A stretch of DNA of 64,000 nt, taken from positions 37,572,001 to 37,636,000 of the forward strand of contig NC_090338.1 of the NCBI RefSeq assembly GCF_035084215.1. Direction: 5' to 3'. This stretch comes from Heptranchias perlo (lineage: Eukaryota). Positions 61,886-64,000 of this stretch are shown here, piece after piece. The position numbers and the translations under genes are program-made. Below the pieces are notes generated by a model that saw nothing but the letters and a program-made list of their open reading frames with translations, ran no database searches and was not told the origin of the DNA. How positions within the stretch are numbered: position 1 is the stretch's first letter; every line of letters begins with the position of its first letter.

Positions 61886-64000
61886 TTTGTTTTTATTATT
61901 CGTTCTCAGGGTGTGGACGTCACTAGCAAAGCTGACATTTATTGTCTATCTCCAGTTGCAATGATGAGGGAACAGCGATCATAGAAATTTATGGCACAGA
62001 AGGAGGCCATTCGGCCCATCGGGTCTGTGCTGGCCAAAAAAGAGCCATCCAGCCAATCTCACTTTCCAGCTCTTGGCGTAGCCTTGTAGGTTGCAGTACT
62101 TCAAGTGCACATCCAAGTACTTTTTAAATGCGATGAGGGTTTTTGCCTCTACCACCCTTTCAGGCAGTGAGTTCCAGACCCCTACCACCCTCTGGGTGAA
62201 AATATTTCTCCTCAACTCCCCTCTAATCTTTCTACCAATTACTTTAAATATGTGCCCCTTGGTTTTTGACCTCTCTGCCAAGGAAAACAGGTCTTTCCTA
62301 TCCACTCTATCGAGGCCCCTCATGATTTTATATATCTCAATTAAATCTCCCCTCAGTCTCCTCTGTTCCAAAGAAAACATCCCCAGCCTATCCAATCTTT
62401 CCTCATAGCTAAAATTCCCCAGTCCTGGCAACATCCTCATAAATCTCCTCTGTACCCTCTCTAGTGCAATCACATCTTTCCTGTAATGTGGTGGCCAAAA
62501 CTGTACGCAGTACTCTAGCTGCAGTTCTAGCATGACCTCCCTGCTCTTATATTCTATGCCCTGGCTAATAAAGGAAAGTATCCCTTATGCCTTTTTAATC
62601 ACCTTATCTGCCTGTCTTGCTACCTTCAGGGATCTGTGGACATTCAGTCCAAGGTCCCTCTTTTCCTCTACACTTCTCAGTATCCTACCATTTATTGTGT
62701 ATTCCCTTGCCTTTTTGACCTCCCTAAATGCATTACCTCACACTTCTCTGGATTGAATTCCATTTGCCACTTTTCTGCCTACCTGACCAGTCCATTGATA
62801 TCTTCCTGCAGTCTACAGCTTTCTTCACTATCAACCACATGGCCAACTTTTGTATCATCTGCAAACTTCTTAATCATCCCCCCTAAATTTAAGTCTGAAT
62901 CATTGAGATATACCACAAAAAGCAATGGACCTAGTACTGAGCTATGCGGAACCCCACTGGAAACAGCCTGCCAGTCACAAAAACACCCGTCGACCATTAC
63001 CCTTTGCTTCCTGCCACTGAGCCAATTCTAGATCCAACTAGCCACTTTTCCTTGGATCCCATGGCCTTTTACTTTGCTGACCAGTCTGCCATGTGGGACC
63101 TTGTCAAAAGCCTTGCTAAAATCCATATAGACTACATCAAACACACTACCCTCATCAACCGCCTTGTTACCGCCTCAAAAAATTCAATCTAGTTAGTCAG
63201 ACACAACCTTCCCTTAACAAATCCATGCTAACTGTCCTTGATTAATCCATGCCTTTCTAAATGACGATTAATACCATCCCTTAGATTTTTTTCTAATAAT
63301 TTGCCCACCACCGAGGTCAGGCTGACTGACCTGTAATTACTCGATCTATCTCTTTCTCCCTTTTTAAACAATACGTTAGCAGTCCTCCAATCCTCCGGCA
63401 CCACACCTGTAGCCAGGAAGGATTGGAAAACGATGGTCAGAGCCTCCGCTATTTCCTCCCTTAGTTCTTTTAACAGCCTGGGATACATTTCATCCGGGCC
63501 TGGCGATTTATCTACTTTCAAAGATGCTAAACCCCTTAATACTTCCTCTCTCATTATGTTTCTATCATTCAATATTTCACACTCCTCCTCCTTAACTACA
63601 ATGTCTGCATCATCCCTCTCTTTTGTGAAGACAGACGCAAAGTATTCATTAAGAACCATACCCACGTCTTCCACCTCTACATACAGGCGATATATGTCCA
63701 AGTCAGGATGGTGTGTGACTTTGAGGGGAACTTGGAGATGATGATGTTCCCATGCACCTGCTGCCCTTGTCCTTTTAGATGGTGGTGGCCCTGGGTTTGG
63801 GAGGTGCTGCCAAAGAAGCCTTGGTGAGTTGCTGCAGTGCATCCTGTAGATAGAAGACACTGCAGCCACAGTACGTGGGTAGCGTAGGGGGTGGATGTTT
63901 AGCCTAATGGATGAGGCACCAATCAGGTAGGCTGCTTTGTCCTGGATGGTGTCAAGCTTCGAGTGTTGTTGCAGCTGCACCCATCCAGGTAAGCGGAGAG
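61886..64000 (-). mobile_element. Crack/Daphne-like LINE (pieces 61886-61979 and 63683-64000, runs off window)
   Basis: KLDTIQDKAA...LNIHPL...HPDLDIYR on the right piece. Family 3' end on the left piece. Confidence 0.8.
61980..63682 (-). mobile_element. CR1 LINE, 5'-truncated, inserted in a Crack-like LINE
   Basis: KSPGPDEMYPRLLKE, KKFADDTKV and LEQRRLRGDLIE. Flanked by ACAGCGAT (61972-61979) and ACAGGCGAT (63683-63691). Confidence 0.88.

Overview
Vertebrate, repeat-rich non-coding DNA, most likely from a cartilaginous fish (inferred from the CR1, L2, SINE and Harbinger families present). No host protein-coding gene could be identified with confidence. The standout is a nested TE stack at 205-10460. 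An L2 LINE is split by a 9.4-kb PIF/Harbinger transposon (17-bp TIRs, AAT TSD, spliced Myb/SANT gene and convergent DDE transposase). The Harbinger in turn carries a Crack-like LINE fragment and a very young Neptune-type Penelope-like element. That element is a 4.2-kb fold-back palindrome: two 2092-bp arms, a 35-bp loop, a 39-bp one-sided tail and an 11-12-bp TSD. It has two intact divergent 602-aa RT+GIY-YIG ORFs and a minimal hammerhead ribozyme near each outer end. Elsewhere there is a second Harbinger of the same family, many CR1/L2/Crack LINE and SINE fragments (several nested), a 669-bp solo LTR with a TACAT TSD, a 34x41-bp minisatellite, and a few unexplained degenerate coding-like or inverted-repeat segments. 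Boundaries of old repeats are approximate.
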